This document shows positions 1-6,442 of a DNA stretch of 6,442 nucleotides, piece after piece (position 1 is the stretch's first letter; every line of letters begins with the position of its first letter). Both the position numbers and the translations under genes were made by a program. The notes below the pieces were generated by a model. The model saw nothing but the letters and a program-made list of their open reading frames with translations. It was not told the origin of the DNA and searched no databases. The DNA is from a virus (Duplodnaviria > Heunggongvirae > Uroviricota > Caudoviricetes): the IMG/VR virus record IMGVR_UViG_2684622619_000013. One strand, written 5' to 3'.

Positions 1-321
1 GCATTACTGACACTGGAAGAAATCAAGGCACATCTGCGTGTTGACCATGACGCGGATGATGAGATGCTGATGGACAAGGTTCGTCAGGCTACCGCCGTGC
101 TGCTGGCCTACATCCAGGGCAGCCGGGATAAAGTGATTAGTGAGGACGGTGAGCTGATCCCTGGTGAGGCATTAACCCGGATGAAGGGGGCTGCCATGCG
201 ACTGACCGGGATGCTGTACCGGAATCCGGATCTTGCTGAGCGGGAAGACCTCGTGCAGGGGGAACTGCCGTTTTCTGTTTCCGTGCTGATTTACGATTTG
301 CGTTGTCCGACGGTGTTATGA
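1..321 (+). CDS. Phage head-tail connector protein, gp6-like; 5' end lies just upstream of the window
   Basis: Frame open from base 1 to TGA at 319-321. Translation ALLTLEEIKAHLRVDHDADDEMLMDKVRQATAVLLAYIQG... matches the conserved N-terminal signature of gp6-like head-tail connector proteins as I recall it. First gene of the structural series; the next gene has AGGAGG at 321-326 ahead of its ATG at 331. Confidence 0.7.
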   Translation, partial: ALLTLEEIKAHLRVDHDADDEMLMDKVRQATAVLLAYIQGSRDKVISEDGELIPGEALTRMKGAAMRLTGMLYRNPDLAEREDLVQGELPFSVSVLIYDLRCPTVL

Positions 322-330
322 GGAGGGGGA

Positions 331-681
331 ATGGCAATATCTGCAGGTCGTCTGACACAGATGATCAGTGTTCTGAACCCGGTGTTAACCCGTAATGCTG
401 CCGGAGAAATGACGGAAGAATGGGTGTCATGCGGGAAAATTCATGCGGATATCCGGGGCAGGAGCAGCCGGGAGCGGATGCAGTCCGGTGCGGAAATGGC
501 GCAGGCGGAAATCCGCATCTGGGTACGCGGTCAGTCTGGTCGTGAAATCACGGCGGCGTCACGACTTCATGTGCTGAGTGGTCCCTGGCGTGACCATGTC
601 CTGAATGTCGTCGGGGTCCCGGTTCCGGATGCAACCGGCGGGCGTCTGGAAATTCTCTGTCGGCTGGGAGGGGAAAAATGA
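331..681 (+). CDS. Phage head closure / head-tail adaptor protein (Phage_H_T_join-like)
   Basis: 116-aa ORF, ATG at 331 preceded by AGGAGG at 321-326. Size and sequence character (MAISAGRLTQMISVLNPV...RIWVRGQSGREIT...) fit the head-tail joining family. Stop TGA at 679-681 overlaps the next ATG (ATGA). Confidence 0.7.
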   Translation: MAISAGRLTQMISVLNPVLTRNAAGEMTEEWVSCGKIHADIRGRSSRERMQSGAEMAQAEIRIWVRGQSGREITAASRLHVLSGPWRDHVLNVVGVPVPDATGGRLEILCRLGGEK

Positions 682-1124
682 TCGAAACCCTGCTGGATTT
701 TTCGGGGCTGGAGGACATCAGCCGCGATTTGCAGCTTCTGAGTGGTGCAGAAAATAACCGGGTGCTGCGTGAGGCAACCCGTGCGGGTGCGAATGTGCTG
801 AAAGAAGAAGTGGTGTCACGGGCACCGGTACGCAGGGGAAAACTTCGCCGCAATGTGGTGGTCCTTTCCCGGTGCTCCCGCGATGGCGGGATGGAATCCG
901 GTGTGCATATCCGGGGTGTTAATCCGGACACCGGTAACAGCGATAACACCATGAAGGCGGATAACCCGCGCAATGCTTTCTACTGGCGGTTTGTGGAAAT
1001 GGGGACCGTGAATATGCCACCGCACCCGTTTGTGCGCCCGGCATTTGATGTGCGCAGTGAACAGGCGGCACAGGTGGCGATTGCGCGGATGAACCGGGCC
1101 ATTGATGAGGTACTGAGACGATGA
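678..1124 (+). CDS. HK97 gp10-family phage tail component (tail completion-like, analogous in position to lambda Z)
   Basis: 148-aa ORF. ATG at 678 overlaps the upstream stop (ATGA) and is preceded by GGGAGGGG at about 665-672. N-terminus MIETLLDFSGLEDISRDLQLL... and length are typical of the HK97 gp10-like family as I recall it. The ORF lies between the head-closure gene and the tail terminator-like gene. Confidence 0.65.
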   Translation: MIETLLDFSGLEDISRDLQLLSGAENNRVLREATRAGANVLKEEVVSRAPVRRGKLRRNVVVLSRCSRDGGMESGVHIRGVNPDTGNSDNTMKADNPRNAFYWRFVEMGTVNMPPHPFVRPAFDVRSEQAAQVAIARMNRAIDEVLRR

Positions 1125-1465
1125 CGGAGGCGGATTTGTATCCTCATCTGGCGCATCTTGCCGGCGGGCAGGTGTACCCGTATGTGGTCCCCCTGCTGGA
1201 TGGCAGGCCGTCGGTGGCGCTTCCGTGGGTGGTTTTCAGCCTGATTTCATCGGTGTCAGCGGACGTGATGGGCGGGCAGGCGGAGTCCTCAGTGTCGGTG
1301 CAGATAGACGTTTATGCCGGGACTGTGACGCAGGCGCGTCAGATACGTCAGGACGCCCGTGAAGCCATAATGCTGCTGGCCCCGGGATCCGTCAGTGAAA
1401 TGCAGGACTATATTCCGGAAAACCGCTGTTACCGTGCAACCCTGGAGTTTCAGGTCACGGTGTGA
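1121..1465 (+). CDS. DUF3168-like phage tail protein, probable tail terminator (lambda U position)
   Basis: 114-aa ORF, ATG at 1121 overlapping the upstream TGA (ATGA at 1121-1124). Sequence MTEADLYPHLAHLAGGQVYPYVVPLLDG... resembles DUF3168-type phage proteins. It sits immediately upstream of the major tail gene, the canonical place for the tail terminator. Function is inferred from position and family. Confidence 0.6.
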   Translation: MTEADLYPHLAHLAGGQVYPYVVPLLDGRPSVALPWVVFSLISSVSADVMGGQAESSVSVQIDVYAGTVTQARQIRQDAREAIMLLAPGSVSEMQDYIPENRCYRATLEFQVTV

Positions 1466-1493
1466 CTTTTTCTTTTTTCTACAAAACCCATAC

Positions 1494-1514
1494 CCCGCCG
1501 CGTGCGGGTTTTTT
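1494..1514 (+). terminator. Intrinsic terminator-like hairpin plus U-tract in the intergenic region ahead of the major tail gene
   Basis: CCCGC (1494-1498) pairs with GCGGG (1504-1508) around a 5-nt loop CGCGT, followed directly by TTTTTT (1509-1514). Located between the stop at 1465 and the RBS AGGAGG at 1521-1526. Confidence 0.5.
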
Positions 1515-1530
1515 ATTATCAGGAGGCAGA

Positions 1531-2247
1531 ATGTCTGCTTTGTATGAACGCTCACAGCTGACGCAGGTGATGATTTCATCTGCCCCGGCGACTGCTGAAA
1601 CTATGGATAAGGCGGAATATCTGCGCCTGGACTGCACCATCAAGGAAGTGCAGTTCACCGCCGGGCAGAAACAGGATATTGATGTGACCACGCTCTGCTC
1701 CACAGAGCAGGAGAACATCAATGGTCTGGGGGCGTCGTCTGAGATTTCCATGTCGGGCAATTTTTATCTGAATCAGGCCCAGAACGCCCTGCGTGATGCC
1801 TATGACAATGACGCGTTGTATGCGTTTAAGGTGCTGTTTCCGTCCGGTAAGGGCTTTAAATTCCTGGCGGAAGTGCGCCAGCACACCTGGTCATCCGGTA
1901 CCAACGGCGTGGTGGCTGCAACGTTCTCACTGCGTCTGAAAGGCAAACCGGTGTCCTTTGTGGTACCGCTGGCGTTTGTGAAAAATCTGGATAAGACACT
2001 TACCGTGAATACCGGTGCGCTGCTGACAATGTCAGTCAGTGCCAACGGGGGAACGCCGCCGTATAAATACGCCTGGAAGAAGGATGGTCAGCCGGTTGAC
2101 GGGCAGACGACAGACACCTTCAGTAAGCCAGGTGCGCAGTCCGCTGATGCGGGGAAATATACCTGTGTGGTGACCGATTCGGCAGAGAAAGCACAGAGTG
2201 TGACGTCTGTTGAATGCACCGTGACAGTGAGCGCAGCCGCCGGATAA
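1531..2247 (+). CDS. Major tail (tube) protein with C-terminal Ig-like domain
   Basis: ATG at 1531 with AGGAGG at 1521-1526; stop TAA at 2245-2247. The longer track ORF from 1462 is rejected because it would run through the terminator hairpin and the RBS. Positioned directly upstream of the G/GT chaperone pair and tape measure gene. C-terminal ~80 residues (TLTVNTGALLTMSVSANGG...DAGKYTCVVTDSAEKAQSVTSVECTVTV) carry an Ig-fold signature (D-x-G-x-Y-x-C). Confidence 0.8.
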   Translation: MSALYERSQLTQVMISSAPATAETMDKAEYLRLDCTIKEVQFTAGQKQDIDVTTLCSTEQENINGLGASSEISMSGNFYLNQAQNALRDAYDNDALYAFKVLFPSGKGFKFLAEVRQHTWSSGTNGVVAATFSLRLKGKPVSFVVPLAFVKNLDKTLTVNTGALLTMSVSANGGTPPYKYAWKKDGQPVDGQTTDTFSKPGAQSADAGKYTCVVTDSAEKAQSVTSVECTVTVSAAAG

Positions 2248-2261
2248 GGGGATGGGTCATC

Positions 2262-2636
2262 ATGAAAAAGGATCTGAAAACGCTGGCGCTGGCCAGACTG
2301 TCAGGGTTTCGTCATAAAACGGTGAAGGTGCCGGAATGGGGTAATGTCAGCGTGGTGCTGCGGGAGCCTTCGGCAGAGGCCTGGTATCTGTGGCAGGAAG
2401 TGCTCAATGGTGATGGAGAGGATGACGATACCCTGTCGGTGGTGGCGAAAACCCGCCGTAACCTGGAAGCGGATGTGACGCTGTTCTGCGATGTCCTGTG
2501 TGATACTGACCTGCAACGGGTGTTCACTCCGGACGACCGTGAGCAGGTGCTGGCCGTCTATGGTCCGGTACATGCCCGGTTGCTGCGTCAGGCACTGGAA
2601 CTGATCGCTGATGCAGAGTCGGCCAGAAAAAAGTAG
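2262..2636 (+). CDS. Tail assembly chaperone, lambda gpG-like (zero-frame product)
   Basis: ATG at 2262, 124 codons, stop TAG at 2634-2636. Acidic small protein immediately upstream of the tape measure gene. Ends in the slippery heptamer A_AAA_AAG directly followed by the stop. Confidence 0.8.
   Translation: MKKDLKTLALARLSGFRHKTVKVPEWGNVSVVLREPSAEAWYLWQEVLNGDGEDDDTLSVVAKTRRNLEADVTLFCDVLCDTDLQRVFTPDDREQVLAVYGPVHARLLRQALELIADAESARKK
2627..2633 (+). promoter_or_regulatory. -1 programmed ribosomal frameshift slippery heptamer A_AAA_AAG (G to G-T)
   Basis: In the G frame the codons are aga-aaa-aag-TAG, so the heptamer a(2627) aaa(2628-2630) aag(2631-2633) has the X_XXY_YYZ form. The -1 frame is open from here (…V A R P E I R F L M R L A L R…) for about 100 codons until the N block at 2933. 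Confidence 0.75.
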
Positions 2637-2932
2637 CCCGCCCGGAAATTCGCTTTCTGATGCGACTTGCGCTCCGTCTGGGGCGCACCTTATCCGAACT
2701 GCGCCACAGCCTGAGTGCGAGCGAGGCGATGATGTGGATGGAGTTCGACAGGGTATCCCCGCTGGGTGATGAGCGCGGGGATATCCGTAATGCACAGATC
2801 GTGAAAGCGGTTTTCGGGGCACAGGGGATGAATGTTGCACTGAAGGACGCCATGCTCTGCTGGGGCGAGGATGAGGATAAGCCGGAGGTGGATCCGTTTG
2901 CGGCGCTGGAAGACGCGCTGAGCCTTGCAGCA
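2633..2932 (+). CDS. T-like extension of the G-T frameshift fusion chaperone (-1 frame); 3' end hidden in the N block
   Basis: -1 frame relative to G, open from the slippery site through 2932. Translation ...MMWMEFDRVSPLGDERGDIRNAQIVKAVFGAQGMNVALKDAMLCWGEDEDKPEVDPFAALEDALSLAA resembles the phage tail assembly protein T family. No Shine-Dalgarno precedes the internal ATG at 2660, consistent with expression only by frameshift. The stop codon is not visible. Confidence 0.7.
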
Positions 2933-2984
2933 NNNNNNNNNNNNNNNNNNNNNNNNNNNNNNNNNNNNNNNNNNNNNNNNNNNN
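2933..2984. other. Poly-N block (52 nt), masked or unresolved sequence at the T / tape-measure junction
   Basis: Run of n characters in the sequence. It hides the T stop codon and the tape measure start codon. Confidence 1.
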
Positions 2985-5864
2985 GCTGCGGCAGCCCGGG
3001 AGCAGCGACGTGCCCTGGCAGAACTGAACAGCCAGTTGACGGAAATCCGCGCTTCGGCTGTCGGAATGGCTGGCGCATTTGCCGGTGCCTTTGCCACCGG
3101 ACACCTGATTTCACTGGCTGATGAGTGGAGTTCCGTGAATGCCCGTCTGAAACAGGCGTCGCAGTCATCTGATGAATTTTCGTCATCACAGAAAGTGCTG
3201 ATGGATATCAGTCAGCGGACAGGTACCGCTTTTTCGGATAATGCGGCCCTGTTTGCCCGCTCGGCAGCCTCAATGCGTGAATATGGTTACAGTGCTGATG
3301 ATGTGCTGAAGGTGACGGAGGCCATTTCCACGGGGCTGAAAATCTCCGGTGCCAGTACGGCTGAGGCNNNNNNNNNNNNNNNNNNNNNNNNNNNNNNNNN
3401 NNNNNNNNNNNNNNNNNGGTGACCGGATCGTACGTGCACTGGCTGCGGGTATGGGCGTGGCCCGTAAAGATCTGAAGGCGATGGCGGACGATGGTCAACT
3501 GACGGCGGATAAAGTCGTTCCTGCGTTAATCAGCCAGCTGGAGGTATTGCGTGATGAATACGCGGCCATGCCGGAAACGGTCTCTGACGGGATCACAAAG
3601 GTGGAAAACGCCTTTATGGCCTGGGTGGGTGGTGCGAATGAGGCCAGCGGGGTGACGAAAACGCTCTCCGGCGTGCTGAACGGTGTTGCCGGACAGATTG
3701 ATAATGTGGCAACAGCCGTGGGGGCACTGGTTGCCGTCGGGGTTGCCCGGTACTTTGGCAATATGGCCTCCGGAGCGATGTCTGCCACNNNNNNNNNNNN
3801 NNNNNNNNNNNNNNNNNNNNNNNNNNNNNNNNNNNNNNNNNNNNNNCGCCGCCCAGAATGCGCTGAACAGTACAACGGCGGTGGGCTCACGTCTGATGAG
3901 CGGTGCGCTGGGGCTGGTTGGTGGCGTACCCGGACTGGTGATGCTGGGGGCTGCAGCATGGTACACGCTGTACCAGAATCAGGAGCAGGCCAGGGAGTCT
4001 GCGCGCCAGTATGCACTGACGATAGATGAAATCGCGCATAAAACGCCGTCAATGTCTTTGCCTGAAGCCTCAGATAATGAAGGACGAACACGGGCGGCGC
4101 TGACAGAGCAGAACCGGCTGATTGATGAACAGGCCAGTCGGGTGAAATCCCTGCAGGAAAAAATCGCAGGATATCAGTATGTTCTGGCGAACCCGGGCTG
4201 GACGACCGGTGACGGATTCATGATAAACCATCTGACATCGGTGAAGACCGTAACGGAAGGGCTTGCTCAGGCAACAGAGCAGCTTGCCGTTGAGCAGTCC
4301 CGTCTGGCACAGATGCAGGAAAAAGCGCAGTCCATTCAGGATGTGCTTGCCGGGCTGGAAGACCGTCGTGTGGCGTTAATTCGTCAGCAGGCGGCAGAGC
4401 AGAATAAGGTGTACCAGTCCATGCTGGTTATGAACGGTCAGNNNNNNNNNNNNNNNNNNNNNNNNNNNNNNNNNNNNNNNNNNNNNNNNNNNNNNNNNNN
4501 NNNNNNNNNNCCTGACAAAAACAGAGCGTGAGCTGGCCCTGTCCAGACTGAAAGGGGAAGAAAAAGAGCGTGCCCGGCTGGGGTATGCGGCGGATGACCT
4601 TGGTTTTGTGGGGGATTCGTATCAGGAGGCGAGACAGCGTTATATCAGTAATGCCCTGGAAGCCTGGCGTAATAACGAGGCGAACAAACCTAAATCCCGG
4701 GGTGGAAAATCAGAGACGGAAAAAGCGGAAGACAGTTTTTCCCGGCTACTGAAGCAGCAGAAAGAGCAACTGGCACTGGCGGGTCAGAATACAGAGCTGG
4801 CGAAGCTGAAGTACCAGACTGCGCAGGGCGAACTGAAAACCCTGACGGAGATGCAGAAGCAGGAACTGCTGCGTAACGCGGCCCTGATTGACCAGCAAAA
4901 AATCCGGGAACAGTTGCGATCCCGGGAAGAGACCCTGAAGAATGATAATGTGGCTGCGCGTGCATCAAATGAAGCCGAACTGCTGGGATACGGGCAGGGA
5001 GAACGAGCCAGGGAACGCATGCGGGAGTTGCAGCAGATCCGCGACAGCTTCCGCCAGAAGGATGCGGACCTTCAGTCTCAGTATCAGACCGGGGATATCA
5101 GTGAGGATTTTTACAGACAGGCTCTGGCACAGAACGCGCAGTATCTGAGCGAACGCCTTAAGGACCAGGCAGTCTTTTATGCCGAATCGGATGTGCAGCG
5201 TGCGGACTGGCAGAAAGGGCTGCAGGAGGGATTCAGTAACTGGGTGGATAATGCGTCCGATTACGCCTCACAGGCAGCACAGCTGGCGACGGAGGGTATC
5301 TCAGGGATGGTGAATAACATCACGGAGATGCTGAACGGAAATAAAGTGGAATGGCGCAGCTGGGCCTCATCCGTACTGCAGGAAATATCAAAAGTTCTTA
5401 TGAATGCCGCGATTGTCAACGGAATTAAGACGGCGGCAAACGGTATGTCCGGTGCGGGAGGATTTCTCGGCAGCATTGGTGACTGGCTGGGCGGAGCGGT
5501 GGCCAATGCAAAAGGCGGCGTGTATACCTCGGCAAACCTGAGCGCGTACAGCAACAGCATTGTGGACACGCCCACGTACTTTGCGTTTGCAAAAGGGGCC
5601 GGGCTGATGGGGGAAGCCGGACCTGAAGCTATTATGCCCCTGACCCGGGCGGCGGATGGCTCGCTGGGCGTACGCGCCGTGGGCAGTATGAACGGCAGTG
5701 CTGGTCTGGTGTATTCCCCGGTCTACCACATTGCCATTCAGAATGACGGGGCTAACGGACAGATAGGGCCGGAGGCGGCAGGCAGTCTTGTGCAGCTGAT
5801 TGACCAGCGGGTGCAGGCGGTGATGCTGTCCATGCGACGTGACGGAGGAATGCTGAGTGGCTGA
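2985..5864 (+). CDS. H: Tail tape measure protein, lambda gpH-like; start hidden in the N block, interrupted by three further N blocks with apparent frame steps
   Basis: Coding segments 2985-3367 (frame 0), 3418-3788 (frame 1), 3848-4441 (frame 2) and 4512-5864 (frame 0); stop TGA at 5862-5864. The N-terminal part is Ala/Gly-rich, followed by a hydrophobic Gly-rich stretch (GALGLVGGVPGLVMLGAAAWY), a long charged Gln/Glu/Arg/Lys-rich helical region, and a C-terminus (…IAIQNDGANGQIGPEAAGSLV…MRRDGGMLSG) closely resembling the lambda gpH C-terminal region as I recall it. Confidence 0.85.
3368..3417. other. Poly-N block (50 nt) inside the tape measure gene
   Basis: Run of n characters. The plausible coding frame changes from 0 to 1 across it. 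Confidence 1.
3789..3846. other. Poly-N block (58 nt) inside the tape measure gene
   Basis: Run of n characters. The plausible coding frame changes from 1 to 2 across it. Confidence 1.
4442..4510. other. Poly-N block (69 nt) inside the tape measure gene
   Basis: Run of n characters. The plausible coding frame changes from 2 to 0 across it. Confidence 1.
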
Positions 5865-6198
5865 GATAAAAACGCTGCATCTGGTCCCGCGTGAAGGGAT
5901 GCAGGTGAGTGAGAAGCCGTCGGTGGTGAGGGTGCGGTTTGGTGACGGTTATGAACAGCGCCGCCCCACAGGGCTGAATCCTCAACTGAAGACGTTTCAG
6001 GCGGTGTTCCGGGTGACGGATGAGTCAACCCGGCGCTGGCTGGATGAATTTTTATCCTGGCATGGTGGTTACCGTGCCTTTTTGTGGCGACCGCCGAAAC
6101 ATAACCGGACGGTGAGGGTTGTGTGCCGTGAGTGGAGTGTCACGGATAATGCCCGGTACAGTGATTTCAGTTGCACGATAGAGCAGGTGGTGAACTGA
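5857..6198 (+). CDS. M: Minor tail protein, lambda gpM-like
   Basis: 113-aa ORF starting at GTG 5857, with GGAGGA at about 5844-5849, overlapping the tape measure stop. Translation (...VRVRFGDGYEQRRPTGLNPQLKTFQ...FLWRPP...EQVVN) matches conserved blocks of lambda gpM from memory (…VRKVRFGDGYSQRAPAGLNANLKTY…FLWTPP…EQVVN). Confidence 0.85.
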   Translation: MAEIKTLHLVPREGMQVSEKPSVVRVRFGDGYEQRRPTGLNPQLKTFQAVFRVTDESTRRWLDEFLSWHGGYRAFLWRPPKHNRTVRVVCREWSVTDNARYSDFSCTIEQVVN

Positions 6199-6442
6199 TG
6201 CAGAATATTCATGAAGAAAGCCTGAACGAGTCGGTTAAGTCAGAGCAGTCACCGCGGGTGGTGCTCTGGGAAATCGACCTGACGGTGCAGGGCGGTGAGC
6301 GGTATTTTTTCTGCAATGAGCTGAATGAAAAAAGGGAGCCGGTGACCTGGCAGGGGCGGCAATATCAGGCGTACCCGATTGAGGGCAGTGGCTTTGAGAT
6401 GAACGGAAAGGGCAGCAGTGCCCGCCCGTCGCTGACGGTGTC
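6198..6442 (+). CDS. L: Minor tail protein, lambda gpL-like; 3' end beyond the window
   Basis: ATG at 6198 overlaps the M stop TGA at 6196-6198. Open to the window end, which is why it is absent from the ORF track. Translation MQNIHEESLNESVKSEQSPRVVLWEIDLTVQGGERYFFCNELNEKREPVTWQGRQYQAYPIEGSGFEMNGKGSSARPSLTV closely parallels the lambda gpL N-terminus (…VVLWEIDLTEVGGERYFFCNEQNEKGEPVTWQGRQYQPYPIQGSGFELNGKG…) as I recall it. Confidence 0.85.
   Translation, partial: MQNIHEESLNESVKSEQSPRVVLWEIDLTVQGGERYFFCNELNEKREPVTWQGRQYQAYPIEGSGFEMNGKGSSARPSLTV

Noticed and set aside
137-1025. Minus-strand ORFs 137-358, 548-973, 816-1025 and 1289-1884 opposite the head-tail joining and major tail genes
   Set aside because: Antisense to tightly packed, translationally coupled plus-strand genes, with no start signals. 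Judged to be chance open frames.
1462-1530. Upstream extension of the major tail ORF (track ORF begins at 1462, MTFSFFYKTHTPPRAGFLLSGGR…)
   Set aside because: The extension would translate through the terminator-like hairpin and the AGGAGG at 1521-1526. ATG 1531 with a canonical RBS is the far better start.
2660-3121. T-like ORF treated as an independently initiated gene from ATG 2660, continuing past the N block to 3121
   Set aside because: No RBS precedes ATG 2660, and the frame is open upstream all the way to the slippery site, fitting a frameshift fusion. The portion after the N block (CGSPGAATCPGRT…) is off-frame tape measure sequence and not T-like.
2301-3189. Long minus-strand ORFs (2301-3104, 2524-3189, 2690-3097) antisense to G/T and the tape measure gene
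   Set aside because: They run through the N block, lie entirely antisense to well-supported plus-strand genes in G/C-rich sequence where antisense open frames arise by chance, and have proline/arginine/serine-rich low-complexity translations with no start context.
3495-4091. Minus-strand ORFs (3495-4091, 3526-3966, 3208-3498) within the tape measure gene
   Set aside because: Same reasoning: antisense to a strongly supported gene, spanning N blocks, with compositionally biased translations and no RBS.
4570-5148. Small plus-strand alternative-frame ORFs (4570-4752, 4942-5148) inside the tape measure gene
   Set aside because: Off-frame within a confidently called gene, with low-complexity basic translations and no RBS. 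No evidence for overlapping genes.
4690-6028. Minus-strand ORFs 4690-4968, 4784-5020, 5261-5575, 5388-5729, 5738-6028, 5752-5985
   Set aside because: Embedded antisense to the tape measure and M genes; short, no Shine-Dalgarno, low-complexity translations. Most likely spurious.
6328-6335. Second A-run (aaaaaaggg) in the L gene that superficially resembles a slippery site
   Set aside because: In the L reading frame the codons are gaa-aaa-agg, which does not form an X_XXY_YYZ heptamer, and neither alternative frame stays open or has a plausible product.
1-6442. Search for tRNA/ncRNA genes, CRISPR repeats, IS or transposon ends, integrase/att sites, and toxin-antitoxin or defence cargo
   Set aside because: No direct or inverted repeats of note and no non-coding stretch longer than about 70 nt. 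The entire window is accounted for by structural genes, so none of these can be supported.

Overview
The window is a contiguous, co-directional (+ strand) piece of the late structural operon of a lambdoid siphovirus-type phage or prophage. In order it encodes four small head-tail joining / tail completion proteins, a major tail tube protein with a C-terminal Ig-like domain, the tail assembly chaperone pair G and G-T joined by a -1 programmed frameshift at an A_AAA_AAG heptamer, a long tape measure protein, and homologues of lambda minor tail proteins M and L (L runs off the 3' edge). Genes are tightly packed with overlapping stop/start codons. Four poly-N blocks (52, 50, 58 and 69 nt) fall in the T/tape-measure region; they hide the T stop and tape-measure start, and the tape-measure reading frame steps by +1 across each of the three internal blocks, which looks like a masking or assembly artefact. 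All family assignments are from reading the translations against remembered family signatures; no search was run. I see no RNA genes, CRISPR arrays, mobile elements or inserted cargo genes, and no convincing evidence of a novel system in the visible sequence. The most notable features are the frameshift site, the hairpin-plus-U-tract ahead of the major tail gene, the Ig-like decoration domain and the anomalous N blocks.
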